Positions 9,170 to 18,363 of a stretch of DNA of 64,000 bases are shown piece after piece. The notes beneath the pieces are model-generated. The model was not told the DNA's origin, did no database searches, and was given only the letters and a program-made list of their open reading frames with translations. Each line of letters opens with the position of its first letter. Position 1 is the first letter of the stretch. This DNA is from Candidatus Latescibacterota bacterium (GTDB lineage: Bacteria; Latescibacterota; UBA2968; UBA8231). The position numbers and the translations under genes are program-made. The stretch is from contig CBDETK010000013.1 of NCBI GenBank assembly GCA_965242865.1, positions 4,128,001-4,192,000 of the forward strand. Reading direction: 5' to 3'.

Positions 9170-10153
9170 CTAGTGCTCGGCTTGCTGGTAGGGCGAAGGT
9201 TGGGGGAGGGTGTCGAGGAGGGCGGCTCGGGTGGGGAAGAGGAGGGCGGCTTTTGCCGGCGTTATGGAGCAGATGTGGCCGGTGGTGTGGAGGCGGAGGT
9301 AGTCGCCGCCGAGGGCGAGGGTGTCTATGACGCCGTCTTCGTCTTCGAGATAGAGATAACGCGCTGGGGCAAAGGCTTGGCCCGGATCGTGCAAGGCCGA
9401 CCACGTCAGGCGCTTGAGGAAGTCGGCGTAGGCTTCTACGCTCGGGGAAAGGCAGACTTCGGCACCCGCGGCAGACGAGACAACCCACTCGTAGGTCGGC
9501 ATCATTGGGCCTGCTGCCGTCATGGCTTTTAGCTGTCGGCTGAGGGATTGCACCGGGTAAGCCGGGTCGCCGGCAAAGGCGATGCGCCGCAGGCCCTTGC
9601 GCTGCAAGGCTTGGGGCAAGACGCGGCGGTCGAGCATGGGAGCGGGCGGGGCGGTGTCGAGGGCGTGGGCGGGATGGGCGTGGAGGTGGAAGATGCTGTC
9701 GGCCCCAACGCGCTGGATGTACGATTCCCCGGCGCGCACCCCGGGTGCCCCGCGCCCTTGGCGCACTTCGAGCAAGGGACGCCCCTGTGGGTCGAGCAAG
9801 TGGATGCGGATGCTGCCCGGGCCGAGACCATAGCGGGCCAAGTCCCCAGGCTCGGCCGAGACAAAGGTCGCCGGCGTCGCGAGCAGGCTCTGGAGCAGGT
9901 ACTCGACGCGGCGGTTGAGCGCAAAGGCGCGGTGATACGCTGGGAAATGCCAGTTGCCTCCGCGCCGGACGTACTGCCAACGGCGTCCGCCCGTGCGAAT
10001 CTCGAGCTGGGCGACGGCTGAGGTCGGCTGGGGCGTCAAGAGGCGCAAGGCCCCAGCCGTGTGCCGCGCGGTGCGCTGGTGCTCGCGCAACGTGTGCTCG
10101 CCGAGGACGAGCAGGACTAGCAGGCCCCCCAGCGCACAGAGCATGCGGATCAC
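9170..10153 (-). CDS. DUF4340-like membrane-anchored protein of the Gld-type ABC module
   Basis: GTG start overlaps the upstream TGA. N-terminal TM (MLCALGGLLVLLVLG) and LARYGL motif. Canonical position after GldG. Confidence 0.7.
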   Translation of the reverse strand: MIRMLCALGGLLVLLVLGEHTLREHQRTARHTAGALRLLTPQPTSAVAQLEIRTGGRRWQYVRRGGNWHFPAYHRAFALNRRVEYLLQSLLATPATFVSAEPGDLARYGLGPGSIRIHLLDPQGRPLLEVRQGRGAPGVRAGESYIQRVGADSIFHLHAHPAHALDTAPPAPMLDRRVLPQALQRKGLRRIAFAGDPAYPVQSLSRQLKAMTAAGPMMPTYEWVVSSAAGAEVCLSPSVEAYADFLKRLTWSALHDPGQAFAPARYLYLEDEDGVIDTLALGGDYLRLHTTGHICSITPAKAALLFPTRAALLDTLPQPSPYQQAEH

Positions 10154-13100
10154 GGCTGCCTCGTGCGGCGATACAGGGCGTAGCCCAAAAACAGCAGCGG
10201 CCCCGTGCCCACCACGAGGAGCCGCCACCAGCGCTTGGCCTCGGTGCTCTGGAAGGGAAAGCCGCGCGGCGTCGGCCGCCGGGCCTGTAAGGCCGCTAGC
10301 TCCTCGCCATAAGCGTTGGACGCCACGGCGTTGAGCAAGAATTGATCGTGCTGAAAGCTGGCGGCCAACAGGTGCTCGTTTTTGAACATCTCGGAAGAGC
10401 CGATCAGGAGTAGGGCCCCTGCTTGTTGCGGAGGCTCGCCCACGCGCTGGAGCACGGCGCGGCCATCCTCGTCTTCGGCAAAATCGACTTGGGGAAAAGG
10501 CCCGGTAAGCCGCGCAACTAGGGGTTGAGCACCGGGCAGGTACGTCTGCGGGGCAAAGACTTCGGGCGGCAGCCACCCGCCCTGCCAAGGGTACGCCCAG
10601 GCTTGGGGCGAAGTGGAGATCAGGGTCTGGGCCGTTATGCCCGCCCTGCTTAGCTGCGCTGGCTCGAAGGCAAAGCGGTTCCCCCAGATAAAGAGCAGGT
10701 CGCCGAGGTGCCGGGTGATGGGTGAGGTGCGGTCGTAGTGCTGGCCGACGGCGCGGATCAAGAAAGGCAAGGCGACCTTTTGGGGGTCGTACTCGCGCAC
10801 GGCCGTGCGGTTGACTTGGGTTTCTAGCTCGAGGTGCGACTGGGTGCGGTCAAAGAGCACCTCGCGGACCTGTTCTACGCCAAAGAGCTGGAGGTAGCGG
10901 TCGAAGTCTTGGAATTGGGGCTGGGGCCAGTACACCGTTTGAAAGCCCGCCCCGCGATACTGGCGCTGCTGGATGTTGAAGTGCTGCATGGCGACAATGG
11001 CCTTGCCCCCCCGCGCGAGATGCTCGCTCAGCAGCAGCAGGATCGGCCCGGAATCGCGGCGCGGCTGCATCCACAACAGGACATCTACATCGGCCGGCAT
11101 GCTCGGGGTGCGGGGGTTGATGTAGTGGATATCGTAGAGGTAGTCGGCGAGCAGGGCTTTCAAGTCGCTGTACACGTCCGTGCCGCCGGGGGCAATCAGG
11201 CCCTTCTTTTGGTAGTCTTCGAGGGCTTCAGCCGGCGAGAGGCGGGGCAAGTCGGAGATGACGGCCACGCGCATTTTGCGCCCCTGTTGCAGGCTGTGGG
11301 CGGCCGCGGCCAAGAGGAATTCGAGGTGGGGCAGGGTGCGCGAGTCGAGCTGCGGCACGGCCATGCTGCGCCCATTGCCCAGCAGGCGCAGGCCGCTCCA
11401 TACGTATTGGGTGGCGAGCGTGTCGTTGAGGACCCGTTCGGCCGGAAAGGGCACCAACCCCTCGGCCGCGAGGGCCTGTTGCTGGTCGGAGGTCAGGGCG
11501 TCGGGCCGGATCACGCGCACGGGAATGTTGCAGTCGGCGAGCAAGGCGCGGATGCGGTCTTCAGCGTCTTTGAGCGGCCGGGGCATGGAGGCCCGATGCG
11601 TGGCGATCAGCTCGGCGGCTAGGGACGTGCCCTGCAACAAGCGGCCCAAAAGCGGCGAGGGCGTGTTGAGCCGGTCGGCCGTTAGGTCGAGATAGGGCCA
11701 GTGCCCGCGCCAGACGAGCGCACCGACGAGGAGCACCAAGCAGGCCAAGCCGAGTGGCCGGCCCCAACGGCCCGTTGACCAACTCAAGCGGCTGCGGCGT
11801 ACATAGTGTCTAAGGCCGAGGCCCACAAACGCCAGCGGCAGCAAAAAGACCGCAAAGAACCGCCAGAAAAAGCGGGCGAGGGTGCCGGGCGGGATGAGCC
11901 GCTGGGGGCCGCCCTTTTCCACGCGCCCCCTCAGAACGCGCTCGGGTTGGCCGTAGGTGCGGATGAGGTTTTGCAGGAAGACGCGGTGGGCGTAATTGGG
12001 CTGATTGATGATGCCGTCTTGGAAGGGCGACGCACTGGCCAAGACGAACAGCTGCCCCTGCCAAGGGTCGTCCGGCTTGAGCAGGACCAGCAAGTTTTGT
12101 TTGGGCACGGGCAGGCCGCCGGTTAAATCGGCGTCCGTGAAGGGGCCGGTGGGCAGGGGCAAAACGCGGGGGCTTTCAGTGGTGGTGCCGACGATTTCCG
12201 CGTGAAAGCCTTGGGCTTGTACGGCCTGTGGATCGACTTCGAGCGCACTAGCGGCCACGAAGTTAAGCCCGCCGCGCCCGGGTGCGGCAAAGCTCTTCAT
12301 GTTGTAAAAAGCGGGCAGCACCCGCAGGTGAAAGGGCGCGACGACCTCCCCCGAATCGAGGGCGACCGGCCCGGTGTTTTTATCGACGAGCAGGTCCGGC
12401 ACCGGCCGGATGCCAAAGGGCTGGAGCAGGTGCCCCCAAGCCGGAGGCGCGTGATGTACCCAGTAGGCCATCGCGTCCTCGGCCGGAGAATAGCCGATCT
12501 GATAGGTGCTGCCGGCCAGTACGGCGCTGCGGCCCGATGCGAGGAAGGCGAGCAACTGCCGCCCGTGCTCGGGCGTGGCGACCTCGGGCTGAATCCAGAA
12601 CAGCACATCGATTTCCGGGGGGATGGTGGGATCGCGGTTGAGGTCTAGCTCGACGACCGGCCCGGCCTCGTTGAGAAAAGCCGCCAAAAGCTGGAAAGGC
12701 GGCGGGGCCGAGACGCCAAAGGTCGGCTGCGGCGGCTCCTGCCCGGCCTGTAGTTGGGCGATGACGTACTCTTCTAGATAAGGCAGGTGGTCCGGCTCGA
12801 TGCTTTGGACGAGCACTTCGGGTGCGTCGGTGCGGGCGATCACCAGCGAGGACCAGATTTTTTGCTCGGAATGCTCGTCGTGCAACACCCGCCGTACGCT
12901 GAAGGCGGAGGCCCTTTTGCTCGCAGCATAGCCGATGCCGGCGCGCCCGCTCTGGTCTGGGTTGATGACTCGGTAGTCGATGCGGTCGGGTGCTTGGTCG
13001 CGCAGTGCCGACAGGAGTTGGCGGACTCGGGGTTCGAGTTCTTTGAGGTGCGCCGGCATGTTTTCGCGGGCGGTGGCAAAGTAAGTGATGGAGAGCGGGG

Positions 13101-13272
13101 CGTCTAAGGAGCGGAGGTAGCGTTTGGTCGCCGGTGCGAGCGTGGTGATGGCGTCCCCGGCTAGGTCTAACGTCCAACTTCCCGTCAGGTTTAGAAGGCG
13201 GCTGGCGGACGCCACAATGCCCAGTAGGAGGGCGAAAGCCAGCGCCGTTTGGAGCAAGAAGTGCCGCTTCAA
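10150..13272 (-). CDS. GldG-family ABC auxiliary protein with two tandem GldG (ABC_transp_aux) modules
   Basis: TTG start overlaps the gldF-like stop (TTGA). Two modules, each starting TM-'DL(A/T)xD' and ending in a TM (IASA..DLAGDAITTL; YLDLTADRLNT; ..DVLxWxQP..; LxxxxSxxxF..N..FLxN). Confidence 0.75.
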   Translation of the reverse strand: MKRHFLLQTALAFALLLGIVASASRLLNLTGSWTLDLAGDAITTLAPATKRYLRSLDAPLSITYFATARENMPAHLKELEPRVRQLLSALRDQAPDRIDYRVINPDQSGRAGIGYAASKRASAFSVRRVLHDEHSEQKIWSSLVIARTDAPEVLVQSIEPDHLPYLEEYVIAQLQAGQEPPQPTFGVSAPPPFQLLAAFLNEAGPVVELDLNRDPTIPPEIDVLFWIQPEVATPEHGRQLLAFLASGRSAVLAGSTYQIGYSPAEDAMAYWVHHAPPAWGHLLQPFGIRPVPDLLVDKNTGPVALDSGEVVAPFHLRVLPAFYNMKSFAAPGRGGLNFVAASALEVDPQAVQAQGFHAEIVGTTTESPRVLPLPTGPFTDADLTGGLPVPKQNLLVLLKPDDPWQGQLFVLASASPFQDGIINQPNYAHRVFLQNLIRTYGQPERVLRGRVEKGGPQRLIPPGTLARFFWRFFAVFLLPLAFVGLGLRHYVRRSRLSWSTGRWGRPLGLACLVLLVGALVWRGHWPYLDLTADRLNTPSPLLGRLLQGTSLAAELIATHRASMPRPLKDAEDRIRALLADCNIPVRVIRPDALTSDQQQALAAEGLVPFPAERVLNDTLATQYVWSGLRLLGNGRSMAVPQLDSRTLPHLEFLLAAAAHSLQQGRKMRVAVISDLPRLSPAEALEDYQKKGLIAPGGTDVYSDLKALLADYLYDIHYINPRTPSMPADVDVLLWMQPRRDSGPILLLLSEHLARGGKAIVAMQHFNIQQRQYRGAGFQTVYWPQPQFQDFDRYLQLFGVEQVREVLFDRTQSHLELETQVNRTAVREYDPQKVALPFLIRAVGQHYDRTSPITRHLGDLLFIWGNRFAFEPAQLSRAGITAQTLISTSPQAWAYPWQGGWLPPEVFAPQTYLPGAQPLVARLTGPFPQVDFAEDEDGRAVLQRVGEPPQQAGALLLIGSSEMFKNEHLLAASFQHDQFLLNAVASNAYGEELAALQARRPTPRGFPFQSTEAKRWWRLLVVGTGPLLFLGYALYRRTRQP

Positions 13273-14036
13273 TACTTGGATCTCTGGAGGCTGAGGTAGT
13301 TCATCGAGACGAAAAAGCCGCTCATCAAGGCGAAGTACAGCAGGTCGGCGAGGGCGATTACGCCGCGGCCAAAAGCCTCGTAGTGGGGCAGGACCGATAT
13401 GGTCTCGTACAGCCAAGTGCCCGGCTGGTAGGCCGGCGCGAGGCCGTCGAGGACCTCTACGACTTTTTCGTGCCCGCTGAGTACGAAGAAGAAGCCTAAG
13501 AGCGCGGCGAGCACAAAGGCCACGATTTGGTCGCGGGTCAGGCCGGAGGCAAACAGGCCGAAGGACAGGAAGAGAGCCCCCAACAGCAGGGCGCCGACAT
13601 AGCTCGCGCCGATGCGCCCGAGATCGGGATCGCCGAGGAAGAGCAGCATTAGCACGATGGGCAGGCTACCGGCGAGGACGATGGCGTAGAAGCAGAGGGC
13701 CGCGACGTACTTGCCCAGCACGACTTGCAAGGAGTGCAGCGGCAGGGTCATCAGCAGCTCAAAGGTGTGCTGGGCGCGTTCCTCGGCCCAAGTGCGCATG
13801 GTGATAGCCGGGACAAAGGGGATTAGCAAGAAGGGCAGCGCGGTGAAGTACGGCCCCATATCGACGACCCCGTCGAGAAAAAAGGAGTTCATAAAGGTAG
13901 TGCAAGACAGCACCAAGAAGACCGCCGCGTACGCATAAGCAATGGGCGAATCAAAATACGCTTCTAGCTCGCGGTCAAAGACTATGCGGGTGCCGCGCAG
14001 GCACTCGGTCGCAGACAGGCGTTGGGCGTCAGCCAT
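13269..14036 (-). CDS. ABC-2 permease, GldF family
   Basis: RELEAYFDSPIAY, PAITMRTWAEER..TFELLMTLP, VVLGKY, ASGLTRDQIVAF motifs. About 6 TM. Confidence 0.9.
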   Translation of the reverse strand: MADAQRLSATECLRGTRIVFDRELEAYFDSPIAYAYAAVFLVLSCTTFMNSFFLDGVVDMGPYFTALPFLLIPFVPAITMRTWAEERAQHTFELLMTLPLHSLQVVLGKYVAALCFYAIVLAGSLPIVLMLLFLGDPDLGRIGASYVGALLLGALFLSFGLFASGLTRDQIVAFVLAALLGFFFVLSGHEKVVEVLDGLAPAYQPGTWLYETISVLPHYEAFGRGVIALADLLYFALMSGFFVSMNYLSLQRSKY

Positions 14037-14766
14037 GGGCCGGAGTGGTGGTGCGGACTAGGTGGGCGAAGACGGCTTCGAGGCCCGCCCCGGGCATGCC
14101 GGCGTCCGCGGCCAACTGTTCGACGTGGCCATCGCCGAGCAAGCGCCCTTGGTGGATGATCAACACGCGGTCGGCAATAGCCTCGACGTCGCCGATGATG
14201 TGGGTGCTAAAGAGGATTGCTCGGCTTGGACTGAGCGAACGCAAGGTGTCGCGGAAGGCCAGCACCTGTAGAGGGTCGAAGCCGTGCGTTGGCTCGTCGA
14301 GGAGCAAGATCGGGGGATCGTGGACCATGGCGATGGCTAGGCCGATGCGCTGGCGGAACCCGGTGGAGCACTCTTTGACGCGCTGGGTGAGCACGTCTTT
14401 TAGCCCGCAGAGCGCGACCACGTGCGCCAAGCCCTGCTGCAAGGCATCGCCTTCGAGGCCGCGAGCTCGGGCGATGAAGCGGAGGAATTTATCGACGCGC
14501 ATTTCTTGGTAGAGCGGGGTGTCGCCCGACAGGTAGCCGATGCAGCGGCGCACGGCGAGCGGATGCTCCACCACGTCGAGCCCGTTGATGGTGATTTTGC
14601 CGGCCGTAGGGTGGATAAAGGTGGAGAGCATCTTGAGCATGGTGCTTTTGCCAGCCCCATTGGGGCCGACGAAGCCGACGATCTCGCCTCGGTCCACGGC
14701 AAAGCTGACCTCGTCCACGGCGGTCAAAACGCCGTAGCGGCGGGTGACGGATTCTACGCGGATCAT
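14029..14766 (-). CDS. ABC transporter ATP-binding protein, GldA family
   Basis: Walker A GPNGAGKST, signature CSTGFRQR, Walker B LLLDEPT, STH. Confidence 0.92.
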   Translation of the reverse strand: MIRVESVTRRYGVLTAVDEVSFAVDRGEIVGFVGPNGAGKSTMLKMLSTFIHPTAGKITINGLDVVEHPLAVRRCIGYLSGDTPLYQEMRVDKFLRFIARARGLEGDALQQGLAHVVALCGLKDVLTQRVKECSTGFRQRIGLAIAMVHDPPILLLDEPTHGFDPLQVLAFRDTLRSLSPSRAILFSTHIIGDVEAIADRVLIIHQGRLLGDGHVEQLAADAGMPGAGLEAVFAHLVRTTTPAHG

Positions 14767-14778
14767 GCGCGGGTGCTG

Positions 14779-15186
14779 CTACTCCTTGAATACCCCGCAG
14801 CGGAGCATGGACGCGCCGAAATAGGGATTGGCGATTTGGGCTTGGTCTTTTTGCACCCAGTGCGCTCCCTTCTCGCCGTCGGCCATCGGGCAGTACGCCA
14901 CGCCGTAGCCTGCGGGCATTTGGCCCTTCATCACTTCCGCGGACAGCGGCTTGAACGCAGCGCGCACCGCGGCGAGGTCCGCGGCGGACGCGGCTTTTTC
15001 CGCCAGCGGCTTGAGCGTTGGGCTGGCGTTTTGCACCAAGCCTTGCAGTGCTTGGCGCGCTCGGTCGAGATCGTCGGCAGCTAAGGCTTCTTGGGCCGCG
15101 ACGTAAGCGACTAGGGCCGGCGGGGCCGAATCGGGCGAGCTGCAAGCCGCGATGGCGATGAGCAACAGAATGGACAAGTAGCGCAT
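14779..15186 (-). CDS. DUF3347-like lipoprotein (metal-binding periplasmic domain)
   Basis: Lipobox IAAC. YCPMA...WVQ...IANPYFGASMLRCG motif. Confidence 0.8.
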   Translation of the reverse strand: MRYLSILLLIAIAACSSPDSAPPALVAYVAAQEALAADDLDRARQALQGLVQNASPTLKPLAEKAASAADLAAVRAAFKPLSAEVMKGQMPAGYGVAYCPMADGEKGAHWVQKDQAQIANPYFGASMLRCGVFKE

Positions 15187-15255
15187 GGGAGATTTCTCGC
15201 GGAAAAGGGGGAAACGGAGGAGATGCCGGGCGATGCTGTGCCCACAGGCGACCGT

Positions 15256-15876
15256 TTACATGCCGATCACTATACCCGCTGCTGCAACGACAATTCCGAA
15301 TCCAATCAGCAGGGCGCGGATAATGAATCGCCGGCTGTCTCGCACTTGCTCGGCTACCTTGGCGTTGAGATCGTCGCGACTCGCTTCGAGCATTTCGCTG
15401 TCGTCGCGCAATTGTCGAAACGTTTCCATGTAACCGGACGCCCTCTCTGACGACGACATCTGATCGGACCGTCCACGAGCGAGCAAATTTTGCGCCTTTC
15501 GGGCCTTCACGAGGATGCTGGCATAGTCATCGACTATATCTTTGACGACGATATTCTTGTACTCCTTGCGGAATTGATCTATCGAATCTAGCACCGAGAT
15601 TATTCCTGCCTCTGCGGCTTCGTACATCGCTCGTTCACAATGAGAAACCGCTCTGCGTAATTGCTCGTTGCTGGAAATAGTGCCGCTGTCGTCTAGTGCT
15701 TGGAGAAGATGGTGACCTGCGTATCGCAGCTCGTTGTAGGCGGGAATCGGTATCGCGGCTCGAAACTCAGCGACCTCGCGTGCGAATCTCTCTGAGGTAT
15801 CGTACAGGGCGCGAAGGTCGCTGAGGCGATGAGGGATATCATTCTCCGTCGAAGTCGAAGGACTTGACTCGCTCAT
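15256..15876 (-). CDS. Hypothetical all-helical protein with HEPN-like RxxxxH motif and C-terminal TM
   Basis: NELRYAGHH and SHCERAMYE motifs. C-terminal hydrophobic helix. Start chosen at the ATG after GAGGAG. Confidence 0.65.
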   Translation of the reverse strand: MSESSPSTSTENDIPHRLSDLRALYDTSERFAREVAEFRAAIPIPAYNELRYAGHHLLQALDDSGTISSNEQLRRAVSHCERAMYEAAEAGIISVLDSIDQFRKEYKNIVVKDIVDDYASILVKARKAQNLLARGRSDQMSSSERASGYMETFRQLRDDSEMLEASRDDLNAKVAEQVRDSRRFIIRALLIGFGIVVAAAGIVIGM

Positions 15877-16045
15877 ATTGCTCCTCGATTTCTTCTCGCG
15901 TGACGTACTCGCCGCGCTGCAAGCGAATATTGCCATGCGATAAGCGACTAACGATGCGTCTGTCGGCTAGGCGTCTGTCCTCCTCGGTACGAGTTGTAAC
16001 CTTGGGGCTGTGCAATGCCAAACGGATAAATCGCATAAGACTCAT
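15839..16045 (-). CDS. Small hypothetical protein (68 aa) overlapping the downstream gene
   Basis: ATG preceded by a purine-rich tract. Sequence MSLMRFIRLALH...SHGNIRLQRGEYVTREEIEEQYE. Confidence 0.5.
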   Translation of the reverse strand: MSLMRFIRLALHSPKVTTRTEEDRRLADRRIVSRLSHGNIRLQRGEYVTREEIEEQYERVKSFDFDGE

Positions 16046-16089
16046 GGGGGCTCTCTTTCTGTGGAAAAAGATGTGCTTATAGGCCGCAT

Positions 16090-16349
16090 GCTGATCGCCA
16101 AGAGCCATTTGTTTGGGTCGTTCTATGCCATTGACCTCGAACTCTTCATCGACTCCACATTCTTTGAGAAGCTCTTTTAAGGTCCGGCATCGAAAGCATC
16201 CTCGACAAATAGCTGCATGGCCTCAGAAATCATGCGATGGGCTTCGCCCTTTGTCGTTCCCTGACTGCATACGTCAAAGGGGGGACAACGAGAGACATAG
16301 CCGAGCTCACCTCGCTCTATCTCTATAGGAAACCCCTGGGTGCATTCAT
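16090..16349 (-). pseudogene. Frameshifted HicB-family antitoxin
   Basis: RBS AAGGAGG + ATG is out of frame with FPIEIERGELGYVSRCPPFDVCSQGTTKGEAHRMISEAMQLFVE. A second frameshift near 16180 restores the typical LKELLKECG tail. Confidence 0.7.
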
Positions 16350-16414
16350 TGCCTCCTTTGGAATGATTGGGGTTGTGAAGAATTAGGGGCCGGCGCACGG
16401 CCGGCCTCCGTTGG

Positions 16415-16678
16415 CTACTTAAAGTCAAAGGTTGCCTCTTCAATTTGCATGGTGGCTTCATGGATGAAATCCCGGGTCGTCTCAATTCTAGCCTGAAACT
16501 GCTCCAGAGAGCCGACGATGCGTTTTCTGGCAAACCTGTCGCTTGCCATTTGATCTGTGAGGGTCTCAACCTTTTGAATAGTCTGATTCCACGCAGCGTT
16601 GAGATCGATCACCTCATTTTTGGCTTCGGCTAATGCCTCCAGTATCTTCTCGTTGGGATTACTTTGGATTGATGGCAT
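16415..16678 (-). CDS. Hypothetical 87-aa helical/coiled-coil protein
   Basis: RBS GAGGGG upstream, AT-rich upstream region, amphipathic heptads, GC hairpin downstream (16388-16406). Confidence 0.6.
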   Translation of the reverse strand: MPSIQSNPNEKILEALAEAKNEVIDLNAAWNQTIQKVETLTDQMASDRFARKRIVGSLEQFQARIETTRDFIHEATMQIEEATFDFK

Positions 16679-16908
16679 AACATTTCCCCTCTCGTCGGAT
16701 TAGGAATTAAGATAAAAAAATTTGCGCGTCCTAGGATTTACATATGTTAAAATATAAAATCGTACCTGTCATCGGAAGTTTCTCCAGAAGGGGAATAGCT
16801 CTTTAGCGAATGTAATCAGGTATATTTCTCATGTCAAAAAAGAAGCGTTGCTAGCGGTCAGCCCCCAAGAGAATCTCAACTAGCTAATGTATAAAGGGAG
16901 CAAAAATC

Positions 16909-18363
16909 GTGTCTGAACTCGACCCCTATCTCGGCCCCAACGAAGAAGTGCTGGCCGCGCAAGCGCGCGTCTGTACCGGGCCGCACCAAAGCCGCCCGCT
17001 GGGCCAAAAAGAAGGCGACCCAGACCCGCGGCGCATTCTAGCGCTGATTTTCGCCTCGCTCAAGGGAGCCTTGCCCCGCGCCGAGCAGGCGTCCTCGGCC
17101 CAGCTGGGCGCGTTTTTTGCGGCCATGTCCATTCGCCGCACCTTTGGCGAGCGGACCGGGTGGAGCGCGGCCGAGGTCGAGGCTTTCGACCGCCATGGGG
17201 ACGCGCTGGCGCAGATGCCCGAGGACTTGCGCTTCCTGTTGGGGATGGCCCCTAATTTCGCCGGGTGCGGCGCGGCCGAAGCGCGGGTGGTTGCGGCGTT
17301 GCGCCTCGTTTTGCAGGGCGAGCACCTGCGCTACGAGGAAGTGCGCGGTGCGCTCGAAGCCGTGTTAGCAGACGAGGTGCGCCCCTCGCTGATGGCCGCG
17401 TTCTTGATCGGTCAGCGGATGAACATTGAAAACGAGGAAGAGATTCGCGCTCATCTTGACGCGGTGCTCCCCTCAGAGCAGGTGTCCGCGCTGCAAGTGG
17501 AGGCGTTGACGCATTTTGGCCAGCCCTTTGACGGCGCCGCGCGCTTCTTTCGCCCGACGCTCTTTGTCGCGGCCGTGCGTGCGGCCTTGGGCCGGCCGAC
17601 CGTGCTCCACGGCGTAGCCGAAATGCCGCCGAAGCGCGGAGTCACGGAGGAAGGGGTGCTCGCGGACTTGGGGGCGCGGACCGATCTGCCGCTGGCGACC
17701 GCGGCCCACTGCATTGAAGACCCGGCCATTGGGTTCGCGTACGTGAGTCAGCGCGAGTACGCCCCCGCCGCGTACGCGGTGCGCCATTTGCGCGCTCACA
17801 TTGCCAAACGCCCGCCTTGGGCCACTACCGAGAAGGCCCAGCAGGTGTTCGCCGGCGCGGCTTGGAACGGCATGGTCGCGGGCTTTTACCACGCTGGCTA
17901 CGAAGACAAGCTGTTGGGGTTGATGCAGGAGCGCGGGCTGGACGCCGGGCTGGCGATCAAGGGCGAAGAGGGGAGCAGCCACTATGGGTTGCGCTTGGGT
18001 AAGCCCTCGGACGCTCGGCGCAAGGCCATCAACTACACGCAGGGATTCCGCCGCGTCCGCGGTGCGCTGACGACGGTCGCTGGCGACGTGGACCCGAGGG
18101 ACTACGGCTTTTGCTACGAGCAGAGCCCGCGGCCCGCAGTGGTGAGTGCCCCGGCTTTTGCCGCGCTGGGAGTGGCGGCCCTCAAGGGCGAGCCAGGCCA
18201 CGCGTACGACCGCATCGCGCTCAACGCAGGCTTAATCGACTATTATCTGGGCCTAAGCGCGAGTGCTCAAGAGGGGCTGGCCGAGGCGCGGGAGGCGATG
18301 GATAGCGGCCGGGCGCTGGCCCATCTGGAACGCTACATCAGCCGGTCGCAGGCGTCCAAATAG
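16909..18363 (+). CDS. Anthranilate phosphoribosyltransferase-like protein (atypical TrpD/YbiB-related family)
   Basis: AAFLIGQRM, THFGQPFDG, LHGVAEMPPKRGVT, IAKRPPWATTEK, KGEEGS, IALNAG motifs. Lacks the GTGGD of canonical TrpD. Confidence 0.75.
   Translation: MSELDPYLGPNEEVLAAQARVCTGPHQSRPLGQKEGDPDPRRILALIFASLKGALPRAEQASSAQLGAFFAAMSIRRTFGERTGWSAAEVEAFDRHGDALAQMPEDLRFLLGMAPNFAGCGAAEARVVAALRLVLQGEHLRYEEVRGALEAVLADEVRPSLMAAFLIGQRMNIENEEEIRAHLDAVLPSEQVSALQVEALTHFGQPFDGAARFFRPTLFVAAVRAALGRPTVLHGVAEMPPKRGVTEEGVLADLGARTDLPLATAAHCIEDPAIGFAYVSQREYAPAAYAVRHLRAHIAKRPPWATTEKAQQVFAGAAWNGMVAGFYHAGYEDKLLGLMQERGLDAGLAIKGEEGSSHYGLRLGKPSDARRKAINYTQGFRRVRGALTTVAGDVDPRDYGFCYEQSPRPAVVSAPAFAALGVAALKGEPGHAYDRIALNAGLIDYYLGLSASAQEGLAEAREAMDSGRALAHLERYISRSQASK

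Noticed and set aside
8901-9980. Long alternative-frame ORFs (e.g. 8901-9980, 12380-13177, 24066-25061, 52134-53132, 57691-58677)
   Set aside because: Arg/Pro/Ala-rich shadow frames of well-supported genes in GC-rich DNA.
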